64,000 bases of DNA from Candidatus Beckwithbacteria bacterium. Lineage in GTDB: Bacteria > Patescibacteriota > Microgenomatia > UBA1400 > UBA1449. A model generated the notes under the pieces. That model searched no databases. It was given only the letters and a program-made list of their open reading frames with translations, and was not told the origin of the DNA. The stretch lies in assembly GCA_012797845.1 (NCBI GenBank), contig JAAZOH010000040.1, positions 57,072-121,071 on the forward strand. Direction: 5' to 3'. Shown here piece after piece: positions 1 through 9,779 of this stretch (positions are counted from its first letter, which is position 1; every line of letters begins with the position of its first letter). Both the position numbers and the translations under genes were made by a program.

Positions 1-345
1 AACAAACGGAAATAGTTTGATGGTTTCGGTTAGGTAGTTAAAAACAGCGTGAGCAAAAATTAAGAATGGGAAAAAGGGGTACTGACCATGATCCGAATCG
101 ATAAAGTAAAAATCAATGCCGTGACGCAAATGCCAACCGGCTCCGGAAAACAACATCACATCAGTAATCTCTTTTTTAATCAGAGCAATAGTTAGTAACT
201 GTAATCCCAACACTCCCCAAAATAAATATTGGTAATTAAGTTTTTTTAATCGTTTGCTAATCTTGGGAATAAATAGCAAACTAAATAAAATAGTATATAA
301 AGCAAAGAAGATTACAAATTCCTGGGTAAAGTTGGCAAATAGCAT
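1..345 (-). CDS. Partial polytopic membrane protein. The N-terminal 115 aa lie in this window and the gene continues past the window start.
   Basis: I translated the minus strand manually from the ATG at 343-345 (MLFANFTQEFVIFFALYTILFSLLFIPKIS...). There is no stop codon before position 1. The sequence is hydrophobic and TM-rich. It is missing from the ORF track because it runs off the window. Confidence 0.35.
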   Translation of the reverse strand, partial: MLFANFTQEFVIFFALYTILFSLLFIPKISKRLKKLNYQYLFWGVLGLQLLTIALIKKEITDVMLFSGAGWHLRHGIDFYFIDSDHGQYPFFPFLIFAHAVFNYLTETIKLFPFV

Positions 346-418
346 AATTTATTTCATTGTAGCTTAATTAGTATTCTTTTCTAAACATTAGTACAATATA
401 ACAATTACAAATTATTAA

Positions 419-502
419 CTTTGTCATCCTGAACTTGTTTCAGGATCCATGTATATAAGCTGTTTTGAGACATAGATTCCTGCCTTCGCAGGAATGACAA
501 AG
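419..502. repeat. Short palindromic MITE/REP-like element, copy 1. Two internal hairpins are flanked by imperfect terminal inverted repeats CTTTGTCATCC / GGAATGACAAAG.
   Basis: Read from the sequence: gtcatcctgaac-ttgtt-tcaggatc and gattcctgc-cttc-gcaggaatgac. The outer ends are reverse-complementary. The same architecture recurs at 19452-19525 and 56173-56204. Confidence 0.5.
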
Positions 503-1972
503 ATGAAAGATTCTGCAATTAAAGCACATATGGCAAAAAACATCGCTACCCGCGCCACTAGATCTGTTATTGCTTTGACTTCCAGAACCTTTTTTCTTAA
601 TGTTGTCAATTTTTTAGGCGCCTTTGCCCTGACTATTTTTCTATCTCCTAAAGATTTTGGTATTTTTATTATCACTTCAACTATTGTTGATATTTTGACT
701 TATTTTTCCGATATTGGCTTGGCCGGAGCTTTAATCCAGAAAAAGAAAAAGCTTAAAAAATCTGAGATTAGTGCTACTTTCACGATTCAAATGGGTTTAG
801 TGTTGTTTTTAATTGTTGTAGCTTTTATCTTTCGCTATCAAATCAAAGATTTTTACGAATTGGATCAAATTGGGCTGGTGCTTTTATATGCCCTACTGCT
901 GTCTTTTTTCTTATCTTCTCTAAAAACGATTCCTTCGGTACTTTCCGAGCGAAAATTACGGTTTAATAATATTGTCATTCCTCAAGTTATTGAAGCCTTA
1001 GCTTTTAACAGTATTATTGTCGTTTTAGCTTGGCAGGGTTTTGGGGTTAAAAGCTATATTTGGGCTGTGTTAGCTAGAGCCCTTTCCGGAACCATTGCCA
1101 TTTATATTTTAGTGCCCTGGAAACCCAGCCTAAGTTTTAATTTTAAAGCTGTAAAGGGTTTGCTTAATTTCGGTATTCCTTTTCAGGCTAATAGTTTGAT
1201 TGCAGTTTTTAAAGACCGGGTTTCTTTATTAATTCTGGCTAAGATTATTGGCGTTGGTGGGATGGGTATCTTAGGTTGGGCTGAAAAATGGGCCAATTTG
1301 CCTTTGCGCTACTTTTTGGATTCTATGGTCAAAGTTTCCTTCCCACTCTTTTCCAGATTGCAGCATGATTTAGAAAAAGCCAAACAAGCTTTGGAACAAT
1401 CGGTTCACTTTATTACTGTCATGGTTTTTCCTTCTTTAGCCGGTGCTTACCTGCTGATGCCCCAAATTATTGATATTATTCCCAAGTATTCTAAATGGGA
1501 ACCGGGTTTATCTACTTTTAATTTATTTTTGATCTCAGCTGCCATTGCTTCAGTCTCAACCTTTTTGACCAATTTCTTGACCGCTATTGGCAAAGTCAAA
1601 ACTACCATGGGCTTGATGTTTATGTGGGCTACCTTGACTCTAACGCTCTATCCTCTTTTTGCTTATAAATTCGGTTACCACGGAGTTGCTATCGCTTCAA
1701 TTACTGTTGCTCTTACTTCTATCGTTCCCTACCTTATGGTCCGAAAAATAGTCAAGGTTGATTTATTCCGACCCATTGCTATTCCGCTACTGGCTTCGCT
1801 AGTTATGCTGGCAGTTTTAAGCCCAATTTTACCCAATTTTAAACCTGGTCTTGTCAAACTTATTGGTACCATTATTTCCGGCGGCGTGATCTATGGCGCA
1901 ATTTTATATATACTAGATGGCAAAAGATTAAGTCTACAAATTCGTAAATTTATAGCCTATGCCAAACAATAA
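494..1972 (+). CDS. Wzx-like oligosaccharide/polysaccharide flippase (MOP/MATE superfamily polysaccharide biosynthesis protein).
   Basis: 492-aa polytopic membrane ORF with ~12 predicted TM segments. It sits first in a glycan-biosynthesis gene cluster. The listed ATG lies inside the palindromic element at 419-502, so the true start may be the downstream MAKNI at ~530. Confidence 0.55.
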   Translation: MTKMKDSAIKAHMAKNIATRATRSVIALTSRTFFLNVVNFLGAFALTIFLSPKDFGIFIITSTIVDILTYFSDIGLAGALIQKKKKLKKSEISATFTIQMGLVLFLIVVAFIFRYQIKDFYELDQIGLVLLYALLLSFFLSSLKTIPSVLSERKLRFNNIVIPQVIEALAFNSIIVVLAWQGFGVKSYIWAVLARALSGTIAIYILVPWKPSLSFNFKAVKGLLNFGIPFQANSLIAVFKDRVSLLILAKIIGVGGMGILGWAEKWANLPLRYFLDSMVKVSFPLFSRLQHDLEKAKQALEQSVHFITVMVFPSLAGAYLLMPQIIDIIPKYSKWEPGLSTFNLFLISAAIASVSTFLTNFLTAIGKVKTTMGLMFMWATLTLTLYPLFAYKFGYHGVAIASITVALTSIVPYLMVRKIVKVDLFRPIAIPLLASLVMLAVLSPILPNFKPGLVKLIGTIISGGVIYGAILYILDGKRLSLQIRKFIAYAKQ

Positions 1973-2873
1973 ACTTTCAATCTGTTTACTCGCCCGCAAT
2001 GAAGCAGCCAATATTGCCCGAGCTTTAGAATCTGTTAAAAACCTAGCCGATGAAATTGTAGTAGTAGTTGATCAAACTACTACCGACAATACCGCTCAAA
2101 TTGCTAAAAAATATACTAAAAAAGTCTTCGTCAAAACTCATCAGGAGCAATTTCATGTCAACAAACAAATCGCTATCAATCTGGCTAAAAATGAGTGGGT
2201 TTTATGGCTAGATGCTGATGAAAAAGTCAGTCCGGCCTTGGCAAAAGAAATTAAAAGAGTCTTAGAAAATCCTGCTTATGATGGCTATGAAATTCCTCGG
2301 AAAAATCTGCTCTTTGGTAAATGGATGAAGTACTCTAATTGGTATCCGGACTATCAGCTCCGGCTTTTCAAAAAAAGCCAAATCACTTTTCCTTGCGAGC
2401 ATATTCACGAACATCCGGAAATAGATGGTCAAAAAGCCAAGCTTAATCATCATCTCTATCACTACAACTACCAAACCATTAGCCAGTTTATTGATAAACT
2501 TAACCGCTATACTAGCGCTGATGCTACATATTTTGCCAAACAAATTCATCCACCCTTTACTTCCCAACTGATCAAACGTCCTTTTGATGAGTTTCTGCGC
2601 CGCTTCTTTGCTTTCCATGGTTATAAAGATGGCATTCATGGTTTAGCCTTAGCTCTGCTCCAAGCTTTTTACGAACTGGTTGTTGTTTTAAAAGTCTGGG
2701 AACTGAAGAAATTTGATACGACCTATGAAAAGAAAACCTTAGCTACCGTTCAAACCCAAACTACCACTATAGCTAAAGATTTTTACTGGTGGATCAAAGA
2801 AGTTGCTATAAATAAAGCCGCTAACCCCTTGCAAAAATTAAACTTGAAAGTGAAGAGAAAAATCGGTTTATAA
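1959..2873 (+). CDS. Family 2 glycosyltransferase.
   Basis: N-terminal LSICLLARNEAANI...VVVVDQTTTDNT is typical of the GT2 (GT-A fold) nucleotide-sugar binding region. The start overlaps the flippase stop by 14 nt, which suggests an operon. Confidence 0.6.
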   Translation: MPNNKLSICLLARNEAANIARALESVKNLADEIVVVVDQTTTDNTAQIAKKYTKKVFVKTHQEQFHVNKQIAINLAKNEWVLWLDADEKVSPALAKEIKRVLENPAYDGYEIPRKNLLFGKWMKYSNWYPDYQLRLFKKSQITFPCEHIHEHPEIDGQKAKLNHHLYHYNYQTISQFIDKLNRYTSADATYFAKQIHPPFTSQLIKRPFDEFLRRFFAFHGYKDGIHGLALALLQAFYELVVVLKVWELKKFDTTYEKKTLATVQTQTTTIAKDFYWWIKEVAINKAANPLQKLNLKVKRKIGL

Positions 2874-3279
2874 CTATATGGAAATTAAGAATATTTTAGA
2901 GATAATTGAAAAAAAGCCTTTACCTATTGTAATTATTTTTTCAATTCTAATTCTTCCTTTTGCAATAAATCAGTAGGTTAATTTATTTCCTAACCACTGG
3001 ATATTAACATTAATTCTTGTCTTTATTTGGGGGATTTCATTATATTTTCAGTCAAACGAAGTAAGGGATTGGAAAAGAAAAACAAGGCTTGTTAGTTACT
3101 TAAAAAGACATGGTCCATGGAGAAGCATAAAACATTTGACAACAGAGTGGTATACAAAAGATGATTACTCCGAAAAAATAATTCAAAAACTAATTAAGAA
3201 ATACCCTGAAGAATTAAATGATGTTCCTATGAAAAAATATGGGCCTGGGGTTGGAATAAATAAAAAATAAATTATACGA

Positions 3280-3543
3280 CTAATTCTTATTCTCTTCTCG
3301 CATCCTATCAGCAACTTCCCACATAAACCCTATGTGTTTCATTGCAATTTCTTCATCTACTAAACCTAATACTGCAACCTCTGTCCAAAGAAGTGCTAAT
3401 TGATCAAATACGGCTGCTGATGGAGGAATTTGAGATAGTGCAACAGCTCGATCTAAAATAGATTGATAAGTACCGCTACCATCAGAACTTATGGCTTGAG
3501 AAAAATCATTCAAAAGTTGGTCATTTTCAGAATTACCTTTCAT
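3280..3543 (-). CDS. Hypothetical small protein inside an AT-rich island.
   Basis: 87-aa ORF only. No recognisable motifs. Confidence 0.2.
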   Translation of the reverse strand: MKGNSENDQLLNDFSQAISSDGSGTYQSILDRAVALSQIPPSAAVFDQLALLWTEVAVLGLVDEEIAMKHIGFMWEVADRMREENKN

Positions 3544-3688
3544 ATTATTGGATAATTTATAGGATTAAGTATTAAAAGTCAATATTTTGTTTATTTGAAA
3601 AACTTACTATTTAAACCAATTTTTCCAATTTTCATAATTTCAAAAACTAGCATCCTTTGACTAGAAAGAAGAAATATAATCCTATAAT

Positions 3689-4681
3689 ATGTTGATTATT
3701 ATATTTTTTTATACTATAATTCAACTCTCTAAAAATATGCACGGCAGAGAATTTCAAGTACTACTATCGCCAGAAGAATTGATGGGTTATGCTGCTGCTC
3801 AAATTGCTAGGATAAATCATCTTAAAGCTAATGAAGTTCAGACTATCGAAGTTGCTGCTTTAGCCTCCATACTAACTGGTAATACTGATTTTCTTGGTTC
3901 AACACAAGCAAAGGATTTGCTTCTTTCATGTTCTTATTATCCTGATCTAATAAATTTTTTATTTCGAAAATACCTTGGATTAGATAAGCTTGAAAGAGGA
4001 AGAGAGATGCAAGAGAAAGGAACTTGTTTGATATTGGGTGCCGAATTGCTTTTAAATACTCCAGTTTTAAGTACAACATATGGGTTGTTTTTTCCTTCTT
4101 ATTCAGAATTATTACAAAGATATCGAGAAGAGAACCCTGTTTTACCTGAGGGTTATTCATCGCTCTTAGTTGGAGCCATGAGCACCAATACAATATTTGA
4201 GTTCCAAGCGTTAAATAAGGCTTTCTTTCCTAATGGACATACGTATGTAATTGACTTAGAAGGGGTAACACTTGGAGCAACTGATAATTTTGTTTTAGGG
4301 GACGGTTACCATTTACCATACGGAGTTGATTCTTTTAGTACAATTCAAACCAACTATTTACTACATTCGTTAAGAGAACCAAAAAATCCTGAGCAACACA
4401 TAAAACTTTTTGCTGAATTTTATCGTGTTCTTAAACCAGGCGGTTGCGTTTTATCGGTAGAAGGACGTCTTAATAAGATTTCCGATGGTACAACTGTTGA
4501 GCAAATTAGACAAGAGCTACAATCTGAATTAAGGGAAGCAGGCTTTCAAAATCTTAATATAGGTTATGGTTATGCTTTTGCTTCAAGATCGGGGGTTATT
4601 AAGTCACTTTGTGGCTCACCAATATATGATCAACCAGTTGAACCAGAAGCCTCTGCTTTGCAAATTTATGCAAAAAAATAA
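3689..4681 (+). CDS. Class I SAM-dependent methyltransferase domain protein (Methyltransf_11-like C-terminal domain) with a ~200-aa N-terminal domain of unknown function.
   Basis: YVIDLEGVTLG...NFVLGDGYHLPYGVDSFSTIQTNYLLHSL...FAEFYRVLKPGGCVL matches the motif I / LPF-D-SFD / LKPGG pattern of class I methyltransferases. The first ~16 codons are AT-rich and hydrophobic, so the start may instead be MHGREF at ~3737. Confidence 0.45.
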   Translation: MLIIIFFYTIIQLSKNMHGREFQVLLSPEELMGYAAAQIARINHLKANEVQTIEVAALASILTGNTDFLGSTQAKDLLLSCSYYPDLINFLFRKYLGLDKLERGREMQEKGTCLILGAELLLNTPVLSTTYGLFFPSYSELLQRYREENPVLPEGYSSLLVGAMSTNTIFEFQALNKAFFPNGHTYVIDLEGVTLGATDNFVLGDGYHLPYGVDSFSTIQTNYLLHSLREPKNPEQHIKLFAEFYRVLKPGGCVLSVEGRLNKISDGTTVEQIRQELQSELREAGFQNLNIGYGYAFASRSGVIKSLCGSPIYDQPVEPEASALQIYAKK

Positions 4682-6429
4682 GAGTTATGTAAAAATTTTT
4701 GCTTACTATTTTTACTAAAAAGTATTATCCCTCCTAAGCTCATCGCCGCAATTATCGAAACCAAATCACTCCACAGATTTATCCCCTGCTCACTCCAAAA
4801 CATCTTAATCTCACTTTGGCCTTGAGCAACAGGGCAAACATAAAGATTATCTTCAATTTTACAATCTAACTTTTGCCCATTGCTAGTAAATTGCCAGCTG
4901 GGAAAGTAAAAGCGGTTAATTTTGATTTCACCAGCTTTACTAAAGTTAGCTTTCAGGACAATTTGATTTGCATTATTAGTCACAACATCAATAGTGCCTT
5001 CACCTTTAACTAGTTCGGTTAAGGCTTTAGCTGGTTGCATATGTTCCCAATCAGTCCCAGATGGTACATAGTCAGGCAAAATTCCACTCATCCGCCAGGC
5101 AATAAAACTGGCAGTGGGCTCAAAAATACTACCGGATTCAATTAGGTCTTTAGGCCGAAAATACTGACTATTCAAAGCAATAGTGACAATAAGGAAAATA
5201 GTAATAAGAGGAGCTGCCTTTTTGAAGCTCGCAACATAAGCCGTCAAAAGCGCTAAGAAAAACGAAGCCACCCCCAAAAACCGCCAAGGAAACTGGATAA
5301 AACTAACTAACGGCAAACGCTCCCACAAGCGTTGAGATTTAAAGTTAGTCAAAGCTATAGCCAGTAGCAGAGCCAATCCAAATAAAACTAAAGTCTGTAG
5401 TTCCTGCTTTTTTTCTTGTGTTTTTTTAGCAACGTAAAAATAAATTATCAAAACTGTAGCTAGTACAGCCATAATGACGATATCATTACCCAGATAAAAA
5501 GACATATCATCTTCAATCCCTAAGACTGAACCGCCATATTTCCAATTAGGAACAAATAGTTGCCGAAAATACAGAAAGTGTAATTTAAAATAGCTAAACC
5601 CCTCAGTCAGACTGCTGGCCCGCGTATAGCCTTTTTGCACAAAAGCCGGAATCAAGAAAAAAGCTGATACCGCCACTGATTGCACTACTGATAATGCCAG
5701 TAAATACCATAGTTTTAGTTTTTTTGATAACAGTAAAATCCCCAAACTTACTCCTCCCCAAAACGGCATAAAAGTCACGATACTGACATTGTGTGACAAC
5801 AAAATAGCAAGCAAAGTCAAAGTTAAACCTATATAAGGCTTCAGTTTTTTTTCTGAGTTAATTAGTGTGACTACAAAATAAAAACTCCAGGGGATCAGAG
5901 CAACAGCCAAATATTCAGCCCAAGCGCCCCGCACATAAAGATTGACCGCATGATAAGGTGCGAGCGTAAATGTGGTAGCAGCCAGCAACCCTCCCCAATG
6001 GTTCGTCAGTTTTTTAGCTAGAAGATACATGCCATAAAAGCCAAATAAAGTAATGAGAACTAAGATAATTTTCAGAGAAGTCATCAAAGAAAAACCAAGC
6101 AGGTATGGAATTTCTGCCAGATAAAAAAATAAGGGGGCATAAAACTGAAACAGTGGCATTCCAAAACCAAAGCCAAAATTTTGCGACCAACGGGGTGGAA
6201 ATTGCTCTGCTTTAAATGTTTGATCCAGCTCAAAGAGCCGTGACGGTGAAGTAAAATCATGAACCGTAAAAACCTTATCAGTCAGCAAAGGTTTAGCAAC
6301 TAAAATATTGACAACAGCCAAAACAATAATAAAACTAATGGTTTTGACTTGATGTTTATCAAGCCAGTTATTGAGCTTGCCAATTTGTGCGATTATTGAT
6401 TTCATAAACTTGCAACGGTGCTCCGTCAT
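4666..6429 (-). CDS. Large polytopic membrane protein, YfhO/GT-C-like putative membrane glycosyltransferase.
   Basis: 587 aa with many TM helices. The N-terminal HDFTSPSRLFELDQTF...QFPPRWSQNFGFGFGMP resembles the YfhO family. Context is a glycosylation cluster. Confidence 0.4.
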   Translation of the reverse strand: MTEHRCKFMKSIIAQIGKLNNWLDKHQVKTISFIIVLAVVNILVAKPLLTDKVFTVHDFTSPSRLFELDQTFKAEQFPPRWSQNFGFGFGMPLFQFYAPLFFYLAEIPYLLGFSLMTSLKIILVLITLFGFYGMYLLAKKLTNHWGGLLAATTFTLAPYHAVNLYVRGAWAEYLAVALIPWSFYFVVTLINSEKKLKPYIGLTLTLLAILLSHNVSIVTFMPFWGGVSLGILLLSKKLKLWYLLALSVVQSVAVSAFFLIPAFVQKGYTRASSLTEGFSYFKLHFLYFRQLFVPNWKYGGSVLGIEDDMSFYLGNDIVIMAVLATVLIIYFYVAKKTQEKKQELQTLVLFGLALLLAIALTNFKSQRLWERLPLVSFIQFPWRFLGVASFFLALLTAYVASFKKAAPLITIFLIVTIALNSQYFRPKDLIESGSIFEPTASFIAWRMSGILPDYVPSGTDWEHMQPAKALTELVKGEGTIDVVTNNANQIVLKANFSKAGEIKINRFYFPSWQFTSNGQKLDCKIEDNLYVCPVAQGQSEIKMFWSEQGINLWSDLVSIIAAMSLGGIILFSKNSKQKFLHNSYFFA

Positions 6430-7837
6430 TTAGTTTTGGATAATTTTTAATAAGTTTCATTTTCTCACGACTGGCTAAATCAATCCGGTTTTCATTCCCC
6501 ACATAGTAAATTTGTTCAGCCTTTGCTTGCAAAATCGTATCTACAAAATTCTCAGAAGCCGGCCCTCCAATTCCCACAACTTCCATATTATGCCAGTTGG
6601 AATTACCTTCCAGCAAGACAAATAGACCATCCGGCAGTGTTCCAAAGTAACCTTCAGTCAAGATTAAAATCTTTTTGTTTTGAGCTTCCTTAGCTAAAAA
6701 CTGCGAAGCTTCGCGCAAGCCAATCCCGCTTGACCATTCCCATAAATATTGCTGTTGATCAGCTTTTGCCAAATGAGCTGTCAAGGGATTGCTTAAGGTC
6801 TTATAATCAGCTGAGACTGCAAATAAGATAATCAAAAGTAAAGCTATAGCTTTAGGAATTTTGCCAATAGTTTGTAGGCAAAACGCAGCTAGGAACGGAA
6901 TTGTAAATCCTAAAAATAGATAGTATCTGGGTGTAACTACCTTGCCTAAAATAAGAAACGGAGCCGCAAACATCACTGAAACTAAAATCAAATTGATAAT
7001 TAATTTATTCTTTTTAACAATACCCAAAACAATCCCAGCAATAGCTAAAATAATAACGACCCAACCTTCATAAAATACCAACCAAGATCCTAAATGCCCA
7101 AAATTGCCAGCAATCTGATCACGTTGTCCAGCCAAAACTTCAGTCACTTGAAAGCTAAAATCCTCAGACCGGTTCATGAGATATGGAAACCAAACACTGA
7201 CTTTGAGACTCAAAATTACTAAACAAGCTAAAACGGTGGTAATTAAAGCAGCTATGAATGTTTTTTTATTTCGTTCAAATATAAGTGTGCTTAGTAAAGG
7301 AAAGGGAACCAAAAACAGCGCTGGAGTTTTAGTCCAAAAAGCCAGACCCAATAACAAACCAGTTGCGATAATTCGAGAATAGTTTTTCAGCTGAGTCCAG
7401 GCCAAAACAGCTCCTAAAAGCAAGGCTGCCAGCAAGGTATCCATCAGCGCCATTCGCCCATGAAAGAAAACAAATGGAGAAATAATAATTAGTAAAAATC
7501 CGGTTTTTAACCAAAGCAGTTCTTTTTTGGTCTTTGCTAAAAAATATATTCCTATTCCTAGTGCAAAAAGAGCTAGCACTGAAACTAGCCGGCCTGAGAA
7601 AAATAAATTACCAATCAATTTAAATAGTAATCCTGTGAGCCAGATAAATAGTGGCGGTTTGCCATCAAACATGGAAATAAACGGGTTTTCTTGACCGGTT
7701 ATGACCCGATTAGCCCAGTTGAGATAAATCGCTTCATCAGCAAAAATGGGAAAGCTAGTTAGTTTATACATATAAACTCCCAAGCCCAACAGTAATGGTC
7801 CTAAAAACAAGTAATCTTTTTTACCTAAAAATTTCAT
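6368..7837 (-). CDS. GT-C fold glycosyltransferase of the ArnT/PMT type (family 39/83-like), dolichyl/undecaprenyl-phosphate-sugar dependent.
   Basis: 489-aa polytopic membrane protein. The N-terminal loop FADEAIYLNWANRV carries the DE-type motif typical of the ArnT/PMT family. It is adjacent to polyprenol-phosphate sugar synthases. Confidence 0.5.
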   Translation of the reverse strand: MKFLGKKDYLFLGPLLLGLGVYMYKLTSFPIFADEAIYLNWANRVITGQENPFISMFDGKPPLFIWLTGLLFKLIGNLFFSGRLVSVLALFALGIGIYFLAKTKKELLWLKTGFLLIIISPFVFFHGRMALMDTLLAALLLGAVLAWTQLKNYSRIIATGLLLGLAFWTKTPALFLVPFPLLSTLIFERNKKTFIAALITTVLACLVILSLKVSVWFPYLMNRSEDFSFQVTEVLAGQRDQIAGNFGHLGSWLVFYEGWVVIILAIAGIVLGIVKKNKLIINLILVSVMFAAPFLILGKVVTPRYYLFLGFTIPFLAAFCLQTIGKIPKAIALLLIILFAVSADYKTLSNPLTAHLAKADQQQYLWEWSSGIGLREASQFLAKEAQNKKILILTEGYFGTLPDGLFVLLEGNSNWHNMEVVGIGGPASENFVDTILQAKAEQIYYVGNENRIDLASREKMKLIKNYPKLNDGAPLQVYEINNRTNWQAQ

Positions 7838-9003
7838 AGTTTTTTAAATAACTCTTGTACTGGTTTAAAAAGCAAAAGTAAAAGCGGCAATCCTAAAATT
7901 ATATACCGCTGCAGTGGTACCGGCGCATCCCAGTTACCATAATAAATAAAAGGAGCATAACGCAGTAATCCACCAATAGAAAGCAGCAGGGCTAAAGCAA
8001 CCGCCCACCATTTTTTAGAAAGTAGTAATAATACAATTCCCCAATGCAAATACCAGGAATGCAGTTGCCCTGGCCGACTCAGCAAAACAATCAAAAGCGC
8101 TAAGCCTCCCCAGGTAAAAATATCAATTTTTTGTTTTAAAAAATAAAAAGGCAGTAAAACCACTGTAGCATATTTGATTGATACTGAAGCTAACCACGCT
8201 AAAAGTGCCAAAGGATACCGCTTGATACTTGGCAAAGAATCTGAGTAAAGAATTAGTAAAGACAATAAAGTGAAAGCCATCATGACACTATCGTTATGCC
8301 CCACAATAATTGTTTCAACTAAAAGCAGTGGATTTAAAACCATTATGGCTGTACGAAATAGAGCTTTTTTAGGAAAGAGTTTTAGACTCAATTTGTAAAA
8401 TAAAAAGACTTCTAAAAGGTAAAAACCTGCAACCCAAGCTTTCATCAAAAATAAACTAATAGTAAATCGAGGTAACCCTAACCACACTGGCAAGAGGGAA
8501 ATAGCCGTCCAACCATAACCGTATGGCGCGGCTGTGTGAACATTGTGCATAAACCTGACCCAAGGATCCGAAGCAAAATCCAAAGCTGTTTGTGTATGAG
8601 GATTAGCCCCATAGACCAATACCATCTTGGCATTAAATAAATAGTTAAATATATCATGAGAAAATATGGGGTATGCCAACAAGCCCAATCCTACCAGTAA
8701 CCCAATAGCAGCTAGGAGTTGAGATTTGTTCAGCGTCAGTTTACCAAGCACAATTTTGCAATAAAGACCAATCAGAAGTAGCGACAAAATCAGGAATAGT
8801 AAAGTTGCCATTGGTCGCTGATAGTAGCCCAACTCAATAAGACTATTTTGAATTTGCTGCAAAAAAGGAGTGTTAAAAATAGTCAGATTTAGATCTCGCT
8901 GGGTATAAGAATAAAGACTGACAAAAAACCAGACCAAAGCAAACAAAGCTACCCATAACCACGATTTTTTCTGAATTTGAGAATCCATAGGTTTAGTATA
9001 CAA
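7834..9003 (-). CDS. Polytopic membrane protein, putative GT-C/polymerase-like.
   Basis: 389 aa with ~10 TM helices. It is in the operon and overlaps neighbours by 4 nt. There is no decisive motif. Confidence 0.3.
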   Translation of the reverse strand: MYTKPMDSQIQKKSWLWVALFALVWFFVSLYSYTQRDLNLTIFNTPFLQQIQNSLIELGYYQRPMATLLFLILSLLLIGLYCKIVLGKLTLNKSQLLAAIGLLVGLGLLAYPIFSHDIFNYLFNAKMVLVYGANPHTQTALDFASDPWVRFMHNVHTAAPYGYGWTAISLLPVWLGLPRFTISLFLMKAWVAGFYLLEVFLFYKLSLKLFPKKALFRTAIMVLNPLLLVETIIVGHNDSVMMAFTLLSLLILYSDSLPSIKRYPLALLAWLASVSIKYATVVLLPFYFLKQKIDIFTWGGLALLIVLLSRPGQLHSWYLHWGIVLLLLSKKWWAVALALLLSIGGLLRYAPFIYYGNWDAPVPLQRYIILGLPLLLLLFKPVQELFKKL

Positions 9004-9026
9004 GAGAAAGACTAAAAAGAAGAAAT

Positions 9027-9779
9027 TTATGAGTAACGACCCATCCAGGCGTACAGCCTGATTTTGACCACATCAAAAGCCATGTGTAGCGAATCCCGCA
9101 ATGGACTAACTCGATTGGTTTCTACATGTTTCCAGTGGATAGGTACCTCAGCAATTCGAAGTCCCATTTTGCGGGCGATAAATAATAGTTCAACATCAAA
9201 CGCTCCAGTAAAGGCATGATCAATTTCTCGAGGTTTATAAACCTGAAGTTTGGAAAAAAGTTTTTTAGCTGATTTAGCCTCAAAAGCTTTAAAACCACAT
9301 TGGGTATCAGCAATGCCGCCTACCGCTAAAAGCTTAACTCCAAAGTTAAAACCTTTACCCATCATATGACGATACCACGGTTCTTTTTCCCGTTTACTCC
9401 CAGCTACTTCTCGAGAACCAATTACTACCTCTGAACCATTTTTAAGATAGGGTAAAAGTTTCTCCCATTCTTCAATAGGTGTAGCCTGGTCAAAATCAGT
9501 AAAAAGTAAGTAATTGCCCTTAGCTTCGGTTACTCCTCTAGCTACTGTCCCGGCTTTACCCATGTGTTTATTTTGAATTAAGTAAAAACCGTTATGTTTT
9601 TGGCAAAAATCTTTGATAAGAGTTGGGGAACCATCAGTACTACCATCATCAACAATTAAGACTTCCCAGCTAAATTTTTTACCAGATAAATAAGAGGCCA
9701 CAGATTCCAAGGCCTGTTTTTTAAAATTAGCAAGCTCGTTATAAGCCGGAATGATAACTGATAAAAATGGTTCTTTCAT
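9027..9779 (-). CDS. GT2 polyprenol-phosphate sugar synthase (DPM1/GtrB-like).
   Basis: SVIIPAYNELANF...VLIVDDGSTDGS is the classic GT2 DxD region. Its 250-aa soluble size fits dolichol-P-mannose/glucose synthase-like enzymes. Confidence 0.65.
   Translation of the reverse strand: MKEPFLSVIIPAYNELANFKKQALESVASYLSGKKFSWEVLIVDDGSTDGSPTLIKDFCQKHNGFYLIQNKHMGKAGTVARGVTEAKGNYLLFTDFDQATPIEEWEKLLPYLKNGSEVVIGSREVAGSKREKEPWYRHMMGKGFNFGVKLLAVGGIADTQCGFKAFEAKSAKKLFSKLQVYKPREIDHAFTGAFDVELLFIARKMGLRIAEVPIHWKHVETNRVSPLRDSLHMAFDVVKIRLYAWMGRYS

Noticed and set aside
2262-2639. Antisense and embedded ORFs within confirmed genes, for example 2262..2639(-), 9122..9313(-), 10194..10409(-), 20230..20511(-), 46153..48669(+ set) and 50669..50993.
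   Set aside because: They lie entirely inside longer ORFs with clear family assignments on the opposite strand or in another frame. They lack Shine-Dalgarno motifs and have biased composition. They are spurious.
3026-3270. 84-codon open frame without an ATG (putative TTG start) in the AT-rich island, ending ...YGPGVGINKK.
   Set aside because: It has no canonical start and sits in a very AT-rich region where long open frames arise by chance. It could be a gene remnant, but I cannot support a call.
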